Part shown: one piece after another, positions 53,471-64,000 of the stretch
How positions within the stretch are numbered: the stretch's first letter is position 1
Layout of the letters: every line of letters begins with the position of its first letter
NCBI GenBank assembly: GCA_036172245.1
Contig: JAYWIR010000003.1
Location: 496,001 to 560,000, forward strand
DNA: 64,000 nucleotides
Source: Raillietiella orientalis
Taxonomy: Eukaryota
Direction: 5' to 3'
Made by a program: the position numbers and the translations under genes
The notes under the pieces: model-generated
The model's input: the letters and a program-made list of their open reading frames with translations, nothing else
Databases searched by the model: none
Told to the model about the DNA's origin: nothing

Positions 53471-54399
53471 GGAGAATGCGAGATGAAATGTGAGTTCCAA
53501 CTGAGTCAGATGCCTTCGATCGATGACTCGTGGAAATACACTTGATGTTCTTCTCTCTGCATCCTCTTTCAGTGGGAAGCTGGTAGGCGTCCGCAATGAG
53601 AAAAGTCCCTCTGTCGCATGCATCCCTGTTCCTCCGTCTCGCTGCATGCACAAACGTCTCCCGCTTCAGAGAATCAGCCTGTGCACTGTCTCCAGGATCA
53701 TGAATCCTTTTCGGCCGACCAACCAGCCAGGGAACGCGCAGATCAGAACCCCCTTCCCTCAGGGGACAATGCAGTCAATTCTAAACAGATTCCTCCGCTT
53801 CGAAGATCCATTCAGATGACACCTCTGCTGGTTCATTGAAGAGGACATAAACGACACCGAAAAAGAGCAATCCGGGGAAGCCCATCTGGAAGCGCTGCTG
53901 GTCATCGGGAATGCTAAAATACGTAATGGCACTGATCTGCTGCTGGAGCCACGTCAGCGCATGGGTAACTGATCTGTTGCTAAACCAGTAGGCTGCGAGC
54001 GACCGCCGTAACACAGCCGTGCCAGCTGCCGGATGCAGGAAAGCGCTGAGTGCGCTTCCGGTTCTCCGATCAGCACAAAACGTCCCCAGTCTCTTTGCCC
54101 CCATGTTTTTTGTGTTAGTTCTGAGATTCCCTGCGGTTTAGCGCAGATGCAGCATCTTTACGCCTAATGCAGAGAAATGGTAAACTGGGAGGAGGTGGAA
54201 GTTTCGTTTTCGACCTTGTCCTCACCTTATTTCGAGCACGTCCATCTATTGATCGTGTGATTCTTTTGGGGGTGGGTGGGAGGGGGGTGGAGGTTTATTT
54301 GCTCCTTCCGCATCTCCATCACTCTGCCTTTTTGCTCTTTGATGGTTCTCCTTTTCTTTGCTGAGAAGCTCTGGAAGAGGCTGAAGGCACTGTTGCGCG

Positions 54400-56050
54400 C
54401 GTGATTTGTGCAAGTCACCTTTTATTGCCGTCGATCGAATTCCTCCTTTTGTGGAAACTGGAAAAAGCAAGACAGTCTGCAGTCACGTCCCGGGCGAAGA
54501 AAGCATCCGAATTCCAAAGGGACCACATACAACGTTTTGAGTGGCAGGGATTGTAGAGAGAGAGAGAGAAAAAAAAAAGATTGGGGTGTCCCAGCATGTG
54601 GAATCGCAAACACAATGGAACCGATGAGTAAACCATGCACTCGCAGGGGCGGATCTTCAGAAGAGCTTGCCAACAACGTGACGCGGGTGCGGAACCTCTT
54701 GGAAAACAAGACACTTATTGAGGCGCTTCGGGAAAAAGGAAACGGTTTGGGGAGGGGAGGGGGGGGGGGACCTCGGAGGAACAGAGTAAACAAGAATCGA
54801 AGTCGATGCTTGGAAGGCTCTGAGTGTCGAAAAACTCATTTCGAGAGACAAAGTGCAAGTCCAAGAACAGATGACCTGAGGGCAGCATCGCGACAGCCTT
54901 CAGACGACATCCACACAACCCGTCGCTGAGAAAGGCACGTTGCAATTAAGGAACACGAATCGCTACGTGCAAGCAGCTTGCTTTACGAGCAGAAAACAGA
55001 GACGGAGAACAATGGAGAAAGGAAAAATGAAGAGGAAAACTGTTTGCGAGACGCGATGACCGACAGGGAGCGAGCGGGAGCAAAGCGACAGGAACGGGAA
55101 AGGGAGCTTTCCTTCTTTTTCCTGTCCAGGGGTGAAACAAGATCTCCGTAAGAGAGAGGACAGATAAGGGAGAGCTCGGGAATTCTTGAGCTGAAGGTGA
55201 AGGGCGAAGCTAAGCATGAAATCGGCAGCACAGCTTTGGGAGCCCTCCTAACCCTTTCACCATCATTTGGAAGACGTCTTCTTCGACTGCGCCTATCTCT
55301 CTCATCTGCTCCATTGGTGTCGAGAAATTCGAAGCTTCGAACGAAGCGGAGTCGGCGCAAGTGGGGGGGCATGTAGCTGATGGGGTCGAGGATGGGACTC
55401 CTCCTCCTCCTCGACTTGAAATGCAATGTTTCAGAGCTTTTTGGATTGACGTTGTCCATTTTCTCGCATGCATTCGAGGCTGCCGACAGCAATGGATCAC
55501 TCTTATTCCTCAGCTTCACAGATAGGTTGCAGAGCCGGACCGGATGTGTTTTCAAATCTTCTGGAGGCGACGAATCTTTAGAATCTCGTCCAAGCAAAGA
55601 TGGAGACAGGCTTGGGATTGCTGTAGTGAAGTGAAGAACAATTTCCTTTCATCTTTTCTCGCGACTCAACGGCAACGGCAAGGTTGTAGTCACCATCGTA
55701 GGGTGGAAGGTTCTCTTTCTCTATCGACGCCCCGGAGTGCAGCTTAGAGAACACCATCCATCCAAACCAATGAAGGTATTCCACAAACTCTGTAGGCAAA
55801 CGTGGAATTAGAACAGTTACCCTGCTGGTCAGATGTGGATCTGGTACACCGTCTCGTTCCCTTTCGTTATTCCGCGCGATCTCGTGAGACACGGAGTGCA
55901 TCCTCGACTGAGTGGAGATTGGGTGGACCGTGCAGAGAGAGAAGTGGCTAGTCCAGATGAATAATATGTGACGAGAGACACATCCCGGCTTCCTCGGGAC
56001 ACACTGGACTTGGGAAGATTCGATCTCGATTCTTCGTCAACATTCGTGAA
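54400..56050 (+). mobile_element. Decayed non-LTR ORF2 fragment (pre-RT linker and RT N-terminus)
   Basis: Broken frames such as GIPQTL*ANVELEQLPCWSDVDLVHRLVPFRYS resemble KILAK.LANRL..L..LI..DQ.GFVPGR. Weak; boundaries approximate. Confidence 0.3.
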
Positions 56051-56899
56051 TTTCACTCCTTCCTCGCTCCTGCCTCGCCTGCTCGACAGTGAAGTCTACA
56101 GAGGAAAAGCCTGCATCTAGAGAAAAATCTCTTTATGCTTTCTGCGCCAGGATAAATAGAGTGAACACTTGGTTTTTCTCTCGATTGCAATACAGCGAAT
56201 CCGTGTCTAGACTTTGGACTTTGATACCTCCAGCAGACGTATTTATTTTACACACATATATACACAGTCGGGCTGATTTTGCTGCCGTGGAAACGGATTT
56301 CTTGGATTGGGAATCATATGTCCCTCAGATTAAACATTCAAGGTACAGATGTCTCAGATCCGTGAGGTAAAGCCTCCTGCAGACAGTTTTTTTTTCAAAA
56401 ACCTAGTTTCCTGAAGATCACCAAATCCTCTGTCGCTCCGGCACTGCAGCATCGGATTCAAAAATACAATTCCTAATTACACTCGCATTTTCTAGTGATA
56501 AATGTGTGCGTGCGTGCTATAAAGAGAATTGCATTACCACGCAGCTCGAATCCATCACAAAATGCCCCTCATTCTTTTATGGGCCCAACGTGGAAAGGAA
56601 AAAGCAAGTCAACATCTTATACTGTGTGGTACCACATCATGCACCACCACAGTTTTTTTTAATTATTATTATTCCTGAAGTATTACTGATATTCCTTTCA
56701 CCATAACCTCGGTTAGCATCCCGCTAGATTCAAAGGTGTCTTTCAGCCTCGGAGGGACACAAAACAACAGCCCGCTGTTTTGTTTATCCCTTGAGAAAGA
56801 GTTTATTTCAGGGTAAACAAATCAGAATCTACGGATGAAGACAATTTTTCTCTGAAAGAAGAGGTGATGGGCGTCTGCTTGGAGTTTCAGGTATGACAG

Positions 56900-58650
56900 T
56901 TACGACGGATGGCTGCACTGTAAATATTGTCCTACGATGGTCGTTACCACTGCAAACAAACTCAGATCTGCTAACGACTGGCTCTCAGGACTGTTTATCG
57001 CCTCAGCTCGTCAACATTGGATTCTCATATAAAAGTGGAATCACTGGAAGAGCTTTGGTGTCAGCAACAACTCTCTCATAATCTTCAGTCTTTGTGCTTA
57101 TATTTTCTTTACGTTTCCGTAATCAGCACTTATTCTTGTAGAGATGAATTTCGACTATATCCAAGGGAACTGCACGGGGATGCCATATCAGAAGCTGGAA
57201 TCAGCACATTCCCTATTAGTTCGCACAGTCGCAGAATCTCCGTGTCCTGAAAAAAGCTGAAGTTTACGGAAGGTTTTTGGGAAAGCTCCTGTGCCAGCAA
57301 TGCAGTTAGTTGTTCCTCCTTCCCCTGCATGAAATCAACCTCTTCCAGATCGGGAGTTCACTCATCATCGAACTACTTGGAGTGCTCTCGCATGGGCGAT
57401 GGATCCCCTTCTGCCATTTTGCCCAAAAGCGGGAGGCCACTTTGGCTTCCCCGAAATCGATCATTAAAATCCTTCACTCGAAAAAAGGAATCGCTTCTTG
57501 TGCTTTTCTCCCTTAGGCAGGGGATGCTTTTGCTTTGCCCACTTTCAACATGGGAAACCTGGCAGAACCTTCCCAGGAAAGAGGTGAAGTCTTGAATCAT
57601 TAGCCAAGGTTTCGGGAACGCAGGGTATTTCAGGAGAGCATTTGTTTTCCTTCTTTTCCGGCATTGTGAAAGTGTCAGCCCTCTGATGGGCGTGAATTAT
57701 GTTGTTGGTGGTTGCGTGTTCGACGCATCCATAGTGTAGAGAATAAACTGCTTCCACCACTGATTGATGGCGGCATTGTTCCAACATGCTAACTAGAAAG
57801 GATGACAAACTTGAATTTTTCATGACCGCACATCTCAGGAGCAGGGCTGGAAATTTATTCGACTCCCGCACGTCAGCAGTCTGTTGCCCTGCCCTGCCCT
57901 CGACAAGGATCGATTCGTTCCACCTGTTTGTGAGGTGGTGTGGCATTTTTCCTCCGAGATGCAAATCACATATGACCGCAGGCAGAGGAGCATCGTCGTG
58001 CAACGCGATCTGCAGCGTTGCCTGCTCCTGTTTCACCTTGATGCACCATCTCCGGGGCTCCTTCCTCGCAGATCTGCAATAGGTCAAGTTGATCTCCGAA
58101 CTCCTTTCCCCGCATCCGCAAATCCCCATACTGTGCAATCGCTTGCTTGTTGTCTCCCATGGAAGCAGTGTGAAAGGTTCCTCTGCCAACGGGACCACCT
58201 GTAAATGCGGTTTCTTTCTTTCAAGGTGACAAAGAAGCGTTAACGCTCTTGGAGCGCCCCTCGCTTAACACCATTCATGCACAGAGATCTTGAAATTGGT
58301 TGCGTCAAGAACAAATCCAAAAGGTGGCTGCTGTAACATGAAGCGCGTAACGGGATCCGGTCAGATGATGGGTTCTGTAAAGATTCGGTATTCCGTGAAA
58401 ATGCTGGAAACCAGAATCCAATATTATGGAACTTCGCAGCTGCCGCCCGAGCGCTTTGGATTTTCAAATTTAATGCACGTCAGCTCCTTTTTGAAATCAC
58501 TTATATTATGGTCTCCCACGTGCTGGAAAAACAGGATATTGGGTTGGCATACAACACCCGGATTTCACTGCTTTCGAGATGACACATCTAGGACTAGAAG
58601 AGTGGGTGTACTCAGAGTCTTGCTCCCCACAGCATTCGATTGATTTATGA
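56900..58650 (-). mobile_element. Decayed L1/Tx1-like reverse transcriptase
   Basis: ORF 57545-58198(-) contains DVRESNKFPALLLRC..LSSFLVSMLEQ..VYSLHYGCVEHATTNNIIH (cf. N.RPISLL..KILS.IL..RL...I...Q.G.V..RS..DNI), followed by DFTSFLGRFCQVSH and KMAEGDPSP (LD..KAFDRVSH; VRQGDPLSP). Confidence 0.52.
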
Positions 58651-60870
58651 TGCACTTGTCCAAAATTTTATTTACACGTAATCGCATCATCCGGCCTTCA
58701 TTTTTGAAGTAATGAGAAATCCTTCAAGAGAAAGAAAAGTACAAAAACATTCTGTTCATTTTTTTTTTTTTCAAATCCATAAAGATGTTTTCTCATCCTG
58801 ACTGATGAGATGAGATGATTTCTTGCAGAAACTATACAAGCAGTGGGGATGTTGATAGGAGGTATTTCCATTTTGTAATGAGAACCTGTGGAAGTGAAGT
58901 TAGGAGTATTCACTCCTAACTTCCGAATAGCACTCTATCTGGTATATACTCACCTTCTGTATTCGGCAAGAAACTCACGACCAACAAGGTGAGAAGGTGG
59001 CACTCCTAGCTCATCCTGCAAATTGAAAGAGAAATCTTACACAAGCTGCTGGAGGAAACAAGGCATAAAAATTCCTAATATCTCTGTGATCGCCTTTCCG
59101 TTGTTTTCTACTTCTAGAGGGCAGCCACTACCTCCTGTTACAGTTTGGAGGGTGGTGATGGAAAAGACTGCTGTCATTCACCTAGAGGCCAGGCGTTCCA
59201 AATTTAGCTCGGGATTTGATAATATCGAGTACTGTCAAGTATACTCCTGTCAAGTACGTCCAGTTCCTCTTCAGTTAACTGTCAAGGCATTAAACCACAA
59301 GAGTAGTTAAAAAATGGCTTAGCAGCCATCTTTTTAATTACTCTTGTGGTCGCGTTCCTCCCAGATTTTGTTCATTATTATCTCGCAGCATGATAAAGAG
59401 TCGCTTTCATTCGGACACCTCCAAGGGCATTTCTGTTTTTTTTTTTTCTTTTTTTTTTTTAATTGTCAGACGTAGATCCAGATTTGATTAGCACTTTGTA
59501 TCTTGCGTGCGCCTCTGAATAATTCAGTTAACTGGAATTCCTCTTGTCTGGAGGTAAACTTTGCTTTCTGAGCATTTCCGAACACAATTTAATTTAATTT
59601 TGTCTAACCATCATAAGATAACATCATAAGGCAGTTCTACCCTTTCCATTAACGTTTCTTGAAGTGCAGATGCGAAACCTTAACGCCTTACGTGCCTCAT
59701 TGGAAAAATATTACCTTCTAAACACCTGACAGCCGATTTACTACCTATTCCTAATGCTAACTTATTCTTTATCACCGTTTTCTTTTCCTATTCGTTTCTG
59801 CCAGCTTCCTGAGAAGATCGCCCTCATGTTGAAGCTTCTTTCATGTTGAAGTATCCTTTTGTTCGTAAGCGTTCGTTCAAGCAATGTGCATTTTCAGTGA
59901 AAGAAAATGCCAAATCTCTCATGTCCTCTGTGGGATAAAACGAAATCCATCTCGAACATTCGAGTGCACGCATTTCCATATAATATTCCATCTGCGTGTT
60001 CTTTCGTCTCTCTCGTTTTCGATTCTGGAAGGCATTCCAGAGACATCTACTGAACAAAAGATACACCTGTTTTATGTACGTGAAGTTAAGAAAGCAAGAA
60101 ACCGAGAACCATTCGGAGTTACAGGTCCTTGAAGCAAATTTCAGTAGTTTCCTGGTTCATTTGCCAAGGTGTTGAGATGACCTAAGCAATAAAATTAATT
60201 CAAGTAATAAAATGAACTGCATGGCCTGCAACTCTCTCAATGGATGTGACAAAAGAAAAGGAATAATGACGGAATAAATACAAGCATAAAGTTCTTGAAA
60301 ACAGTAAGAAGAAAGAAAAGCTTGGAAATGACCTAAAATAGATGGACTCTCTCCACCAGTACAGTGAAAAGTAGAGCCTTTTACCAGACAGCATTCCTGA
60401 GTGAAGGACCCCTAAGACACACCAACCAATTTCACGACTATTTAACCAAAGTGCCTCTTTATAATAAGAATTGTAGTGGAAACTGAAATGACCAACAGAT
60501 CTGTTGCTCTCCTTTTCACTAGAAAGCCTCTAGTGGCAGTGACTGCTCACAAACCAACTGGTTTCATCAAAACAAATGTTCCAAAAGTATTCCAGAAGGG
60601 CATACTTACATACCATTTTACTTTAATAGAGACAGATCAAGGAAAGATTCTGAAAGACCAGGACTCATTAAAAGAAGATTCAGTAGACGTTAGAATTTCA
60701 AGGATAAAGGTCAGACTGAGATTACATTTAAAGAAATGACAATACGGCGACTCTTTCATAGAAAAGATAACAATCAGTTGTATAGAGAATGGATCTCCAT
60801 AAAAATAAAAAAATGAAAGCAATACATTCAGAGATCGGAATCAGTTTTACTTGGAAATATGAAAAAAATT

Positions 60871-61595
60871 AGGCAGCGATGTGGTAGAACCACAATAACT
60901 ACGCGTGGTCCAGGGTAAACAAAAACTCACGCCACATCATAAGGGAACAAGATAAAGACATCAGTGCTCTCCAAGAAGCTGCTCCTCGCTACGGGGCTGA
61001 CATACTCAACCTGTTGGCGATAGGGACGACACTCTGGAGGAGTGACCTACCACCGGACACCCAGGACAACCTACTGATGTTCCATCATGGAGGAATCCTG
61101 AGCGAGTCTGGGATGAAATACTACACAGGAGCACGAGAAGACGAGTACTGCAAAGCATGCGGGGATGTAGACACAAGACTTCATATCTTGACCTGTCCCA
61201 CCCTACATCAAGACTGGCAGACTCTGAAAAGGGTCACAGGGCTGCAGAACTATTCGCCAACGGAAGTCCTGGCCAAAATGTATCAAGGAACCAGTAACGT
61301 CCCTTGTTACAATCCCATGGTTAGGACGACGATTGCCCTGTTCATTAAGGCCATCCTAATCAGATGGTGGAAGATGAGGACCGGTGGAACGGCCGTATCT
61401 CCCATGGAAATCCTGAAAGGGATTATCCGAAGAGAGATCGGCATACGCAATTGTGGTAAGGTGCCAGCACGGACATACTGATATATCCTGAAAAGGACTG
61501 AGGACATTGTCCAAACACACCCAAACACACCCTAGTGCAGAACCTTAGTGCAGTGACTCCCCAAAGTAAACCTGAATGAAAAAAAAAAAAAAATT
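60871..61595 (+). mobile_element. Young 5'-truncated non-LTR retrotransposon (L1/Tx1-like ORF2 C-terminus with CCHC zinc finger, poly(A) tail)
   Basis: Frame open 60888-61481 with CKACGDVDTRLHILTC (C-x2-C-x7-H-x3-C), preceded by LWRSDLPP and followed by W..L and IRWWKMR. A15 tract at 61579-61593. AAAAAAATT at both ends (60862-60870 and 61587-61595) is a candidate target-site duplication. GC is clearly higher than in the flanks. Confidence 0.8.
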
Positions 61596-62405
61596 GTCAT
61601 GAACTTTGATCAAAATGGAATGAATGAGATTGTAGTATGAATGATCAGAAAATAAATTTACTCCACCCCCCGTGGGATTGGGGAAATGAAAATGATGTAT
61701 ATGTATAAACCATTTTCTTTTTTTTATTTCACTGTATCATTTTCTATTTCCTTTTAGGTCTCAACTTGTAAATTCATATATATACATATATAATTTTTCT
61801 TGTTAGGAACTACAAAGGGAAATGCGCCTTCAATGCAACCTAAAGAAGCAGCCTTGCTATTTTAGAAAAAGGCCAACATTTTGGCTGCCCCCTTTTCTGG
61901 TCCTCAAAGGTCTGCCGGCCGTTTGGCAGAAGTCCAGAGTGGATGCTTTCGCAAATGAAGGCGTATTCGTTGCAACTGCTGATGTGTATCACCTAATTGA
62001 ACATCCTTTAGCAACTGCTGGGGGAGAACACACACACAGAAAAAATGCTGAAATTCGGTATTCTCGTAATTCTCGTTGAAATCTGCCGAACTTGTTAGCA
62101 AATTTGCACGTTTCCCCTCCCCCCCCCCTCCTGGAATAGGAGGCGACACTGAGAGAATTTCGAAATTAAAAAACAAAAATATATGAAAATTAAAAAGTAA
62201 CTGAAAGTTGAGTCTGTAGAGTTTTCAAGATTGGATAGAAGGAGATTGGAATTGTATTTTGTTTTTTTATCAAACATCGAATTTCCATATGGCGGAAATG
62301 TTGGGCTTTATGAGAATAACAAAGTTGTGTTTTCCAGAGATGTTTCAATGTAAATACCAATGTTTTTTAACAAAAAGTCTCATGTAACTGAGCTACCTTC
62401 TGTTG

Positions 62406-62904
62406 ATGATGAATGAGGTCCTAAGCACTTCAGTTCGTATTTTGGCCTGGTTATGTTTAATGTCAAAGGAATCCAATCAAGGTAATATCTTTTCAGTTAT
62501 CTTGCTTGATGATCAATAAGCTCCCTTGTGTTTTTTGTTGATGTAGTGTTTAGATCATGTTTCTCTGCATGATAATGCAGACATGTGTTTCTAGAGAGAG
62601 ATCTTTTTTGATATGAAATTGTAAAAAAAGTTATGAAATAAGAGTTTGTTTTCGAGTAATATTTCAGAGCTGACTTCAGAACCTTGTGTGATTCCTAAAA
62701 CTATGAGAGCTACGTGGTTTTCAAGAGAAAATGGAAATGATACTCTCACAGAATTTGATGCTACACATATGACAAAGAGGGGAAAGTGCATTCTGATGCA
62801 ACGATATGCTCCTGATAATTATACGTTTATATTTCAAAATAGCCCATGCTTTCATTGTCTCAAAGTACTTATTCGAACTCCAAATGTGTTAGAAAAAATT
62901 GAAA
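62406..62904 (+). CDS. 5' part of a conserved, probably secreted/membrane Cys-containing invertebrate protein (partial; continues beyond the window)
   Basis: Clear exon 62668-62904 (TTTCAG acceptor, GTAAGT donor): CVIPKTMRATWFSRENG...KRGKC...CFHCLKVLIRTPNVLEKIE. From memory this resembles the C.(F/I)P....G.WF...G.C...C(Y/F).C.....R..NVL N-terminal domain of an uncharacterised nematode/arthropod family. A phase-compatible putative first exon at 62406-62481 (MMNEVLSTSVRILAWLCLM..) is less certain. Confidence 0.68.
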
Positions 62905-64000
62905 GTAAGTTTGATATTTTGCTTAATTCCAGTGATCTGTATTTGAAAGTTTTTCAAAAATTACTGAATTATCCGAATATGTGTGAGCTTATTTGAGAAT
63001 ATAGATGGTTGTATACATGGCTGTATTGTGATGTAAAGAAGCTTGGTCTTCATTAAAATGCCATACTATCAATGCAATGACATCGCAGATTCTAAAATGA
63101 ATATATAGAAAATATTGAATTTGATATATGAAATATCGAATTTGTAGTCTAAATTTGCAAATAGAATCAGAAAATGAATATTTTAAGTAGTTTGAAGCAA
63201 ACGTGTGCAGTTTTCAGTGTTATGTTGAGACTGTGCATGGCAGGAGAACATGAAATTCTTTTAAAAATATGCCGTAATTAAGGAGAACGTGAATTAATAA
63301 TAAATTCAGAGTTTCAACTCATGAATAACTGAAAGTTTTCAGAGTAAATGAGTCTTGAGATTGTTAACATACCAAAAACAAGTCTGAAAGTCTGAAAAAT
63401 AAATGGAAGTATGAGCCTCAATTATATAAGATGTAAAATGGTTAAGTGTTCAAGAGTTCAATATTAATTCCATATAATTGAAAAAGATACAAAAAATCCT
63501 TATGGTCTGATAAGCAGGAATTGAAGTAAGTGCTCCGAACCCATTGATGCAAGGAACTGAATTAAAACTTATGTAAACTATGATCTTTCGGATTTTTTGA
63601 AAATCTCAGTAGTGAAATTTTACATCAGTTGTAGAAGATTTCTGAAAACACTGAAAAATTACAATTCAAAATAAAAAAAATGTAGCTTGATTTTACATAT
63701 TTGGGATAGATAGTTCCAGTAATAAAAGAATCATATTGTATGAATATTTGATTTTTTTAATTCATATATACCAAATGTGATCATCTCACAGGCATATGAA
63801 AAAAAAGCAATTACATTGTTATATTGTAAGTATTTTCCCCAAAATTAATAGACTACAGGCTTAATATAAATGTGACCACTGAACTGTTGAGTTCCCCCAA
63901 AATGAGGAATTTGAAAGTCATTTAATAGTTTGATACTGCTCTAAATTGGTTGTTTGATGATGAAAGTAGGGAGCAAGAAGTCATGGTAGAAAAGGTTTAT

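Noticed and set aside
1..64000. CRISPR arrays, tRNA, 5S, snRNA or SL RNA genes, telomeric repeats
   Set aside because: No repeat-spacer periodicity; the GGTTCGA occurrences lack cloverleaf context; no canonical SL1, 5S or telomere sequence was recognised by eye. Divergent ncRNAs could be missed without Infernal or tRNAscan.

Overview
Eukaryotic, intron-containing animal DNA. A nematode is the likely source; this is an inference from 38-57 nt introns, TTTTAG/TTTCAG acceptors and the protein sequences. Three complete spliced genes can be built by hand: a FERM-PDZ-tyrosine phosphatase (PTPN3/PTPN4/ptp-1 type, +, 4065-15073), a cytosolic NAD kinase (-, 27361-20704) and an ARL5-type small GTPase (+, 35276-37762). 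A fourth, probably secreted Cys-containing gene starts at about 62.4-62.9 kb and runs off the window. The rest is mostly heavily decayed L1/Tx1-like non-LTR retrotransposon sequence, plus one young 5'-truncated copy with a poly(A) tail and likely target-site duplication (60871-61595) and an orphan, deleted 28S rRNA fragment (~52670-53470). The most unusual signals are: (i) the 28S fragment stops in the D7a 'hidden break' region; (ii) perfect 12-15 bp hairpins with 4-5 nt loops recur in otherwise decayed DNA, including at the rRNA junction; (iii) an extreme kb-scale GC island around NADK that codon usage follows; (iv) an ambiguous GC-AG versus GT-AG intron in NADK; (v) long near-perfect hairpins, one in an ARL5 intron. 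I found no prokaryotic-type system such as CRISPR or an operon. All homology calls come from motif recognition, not database searches.
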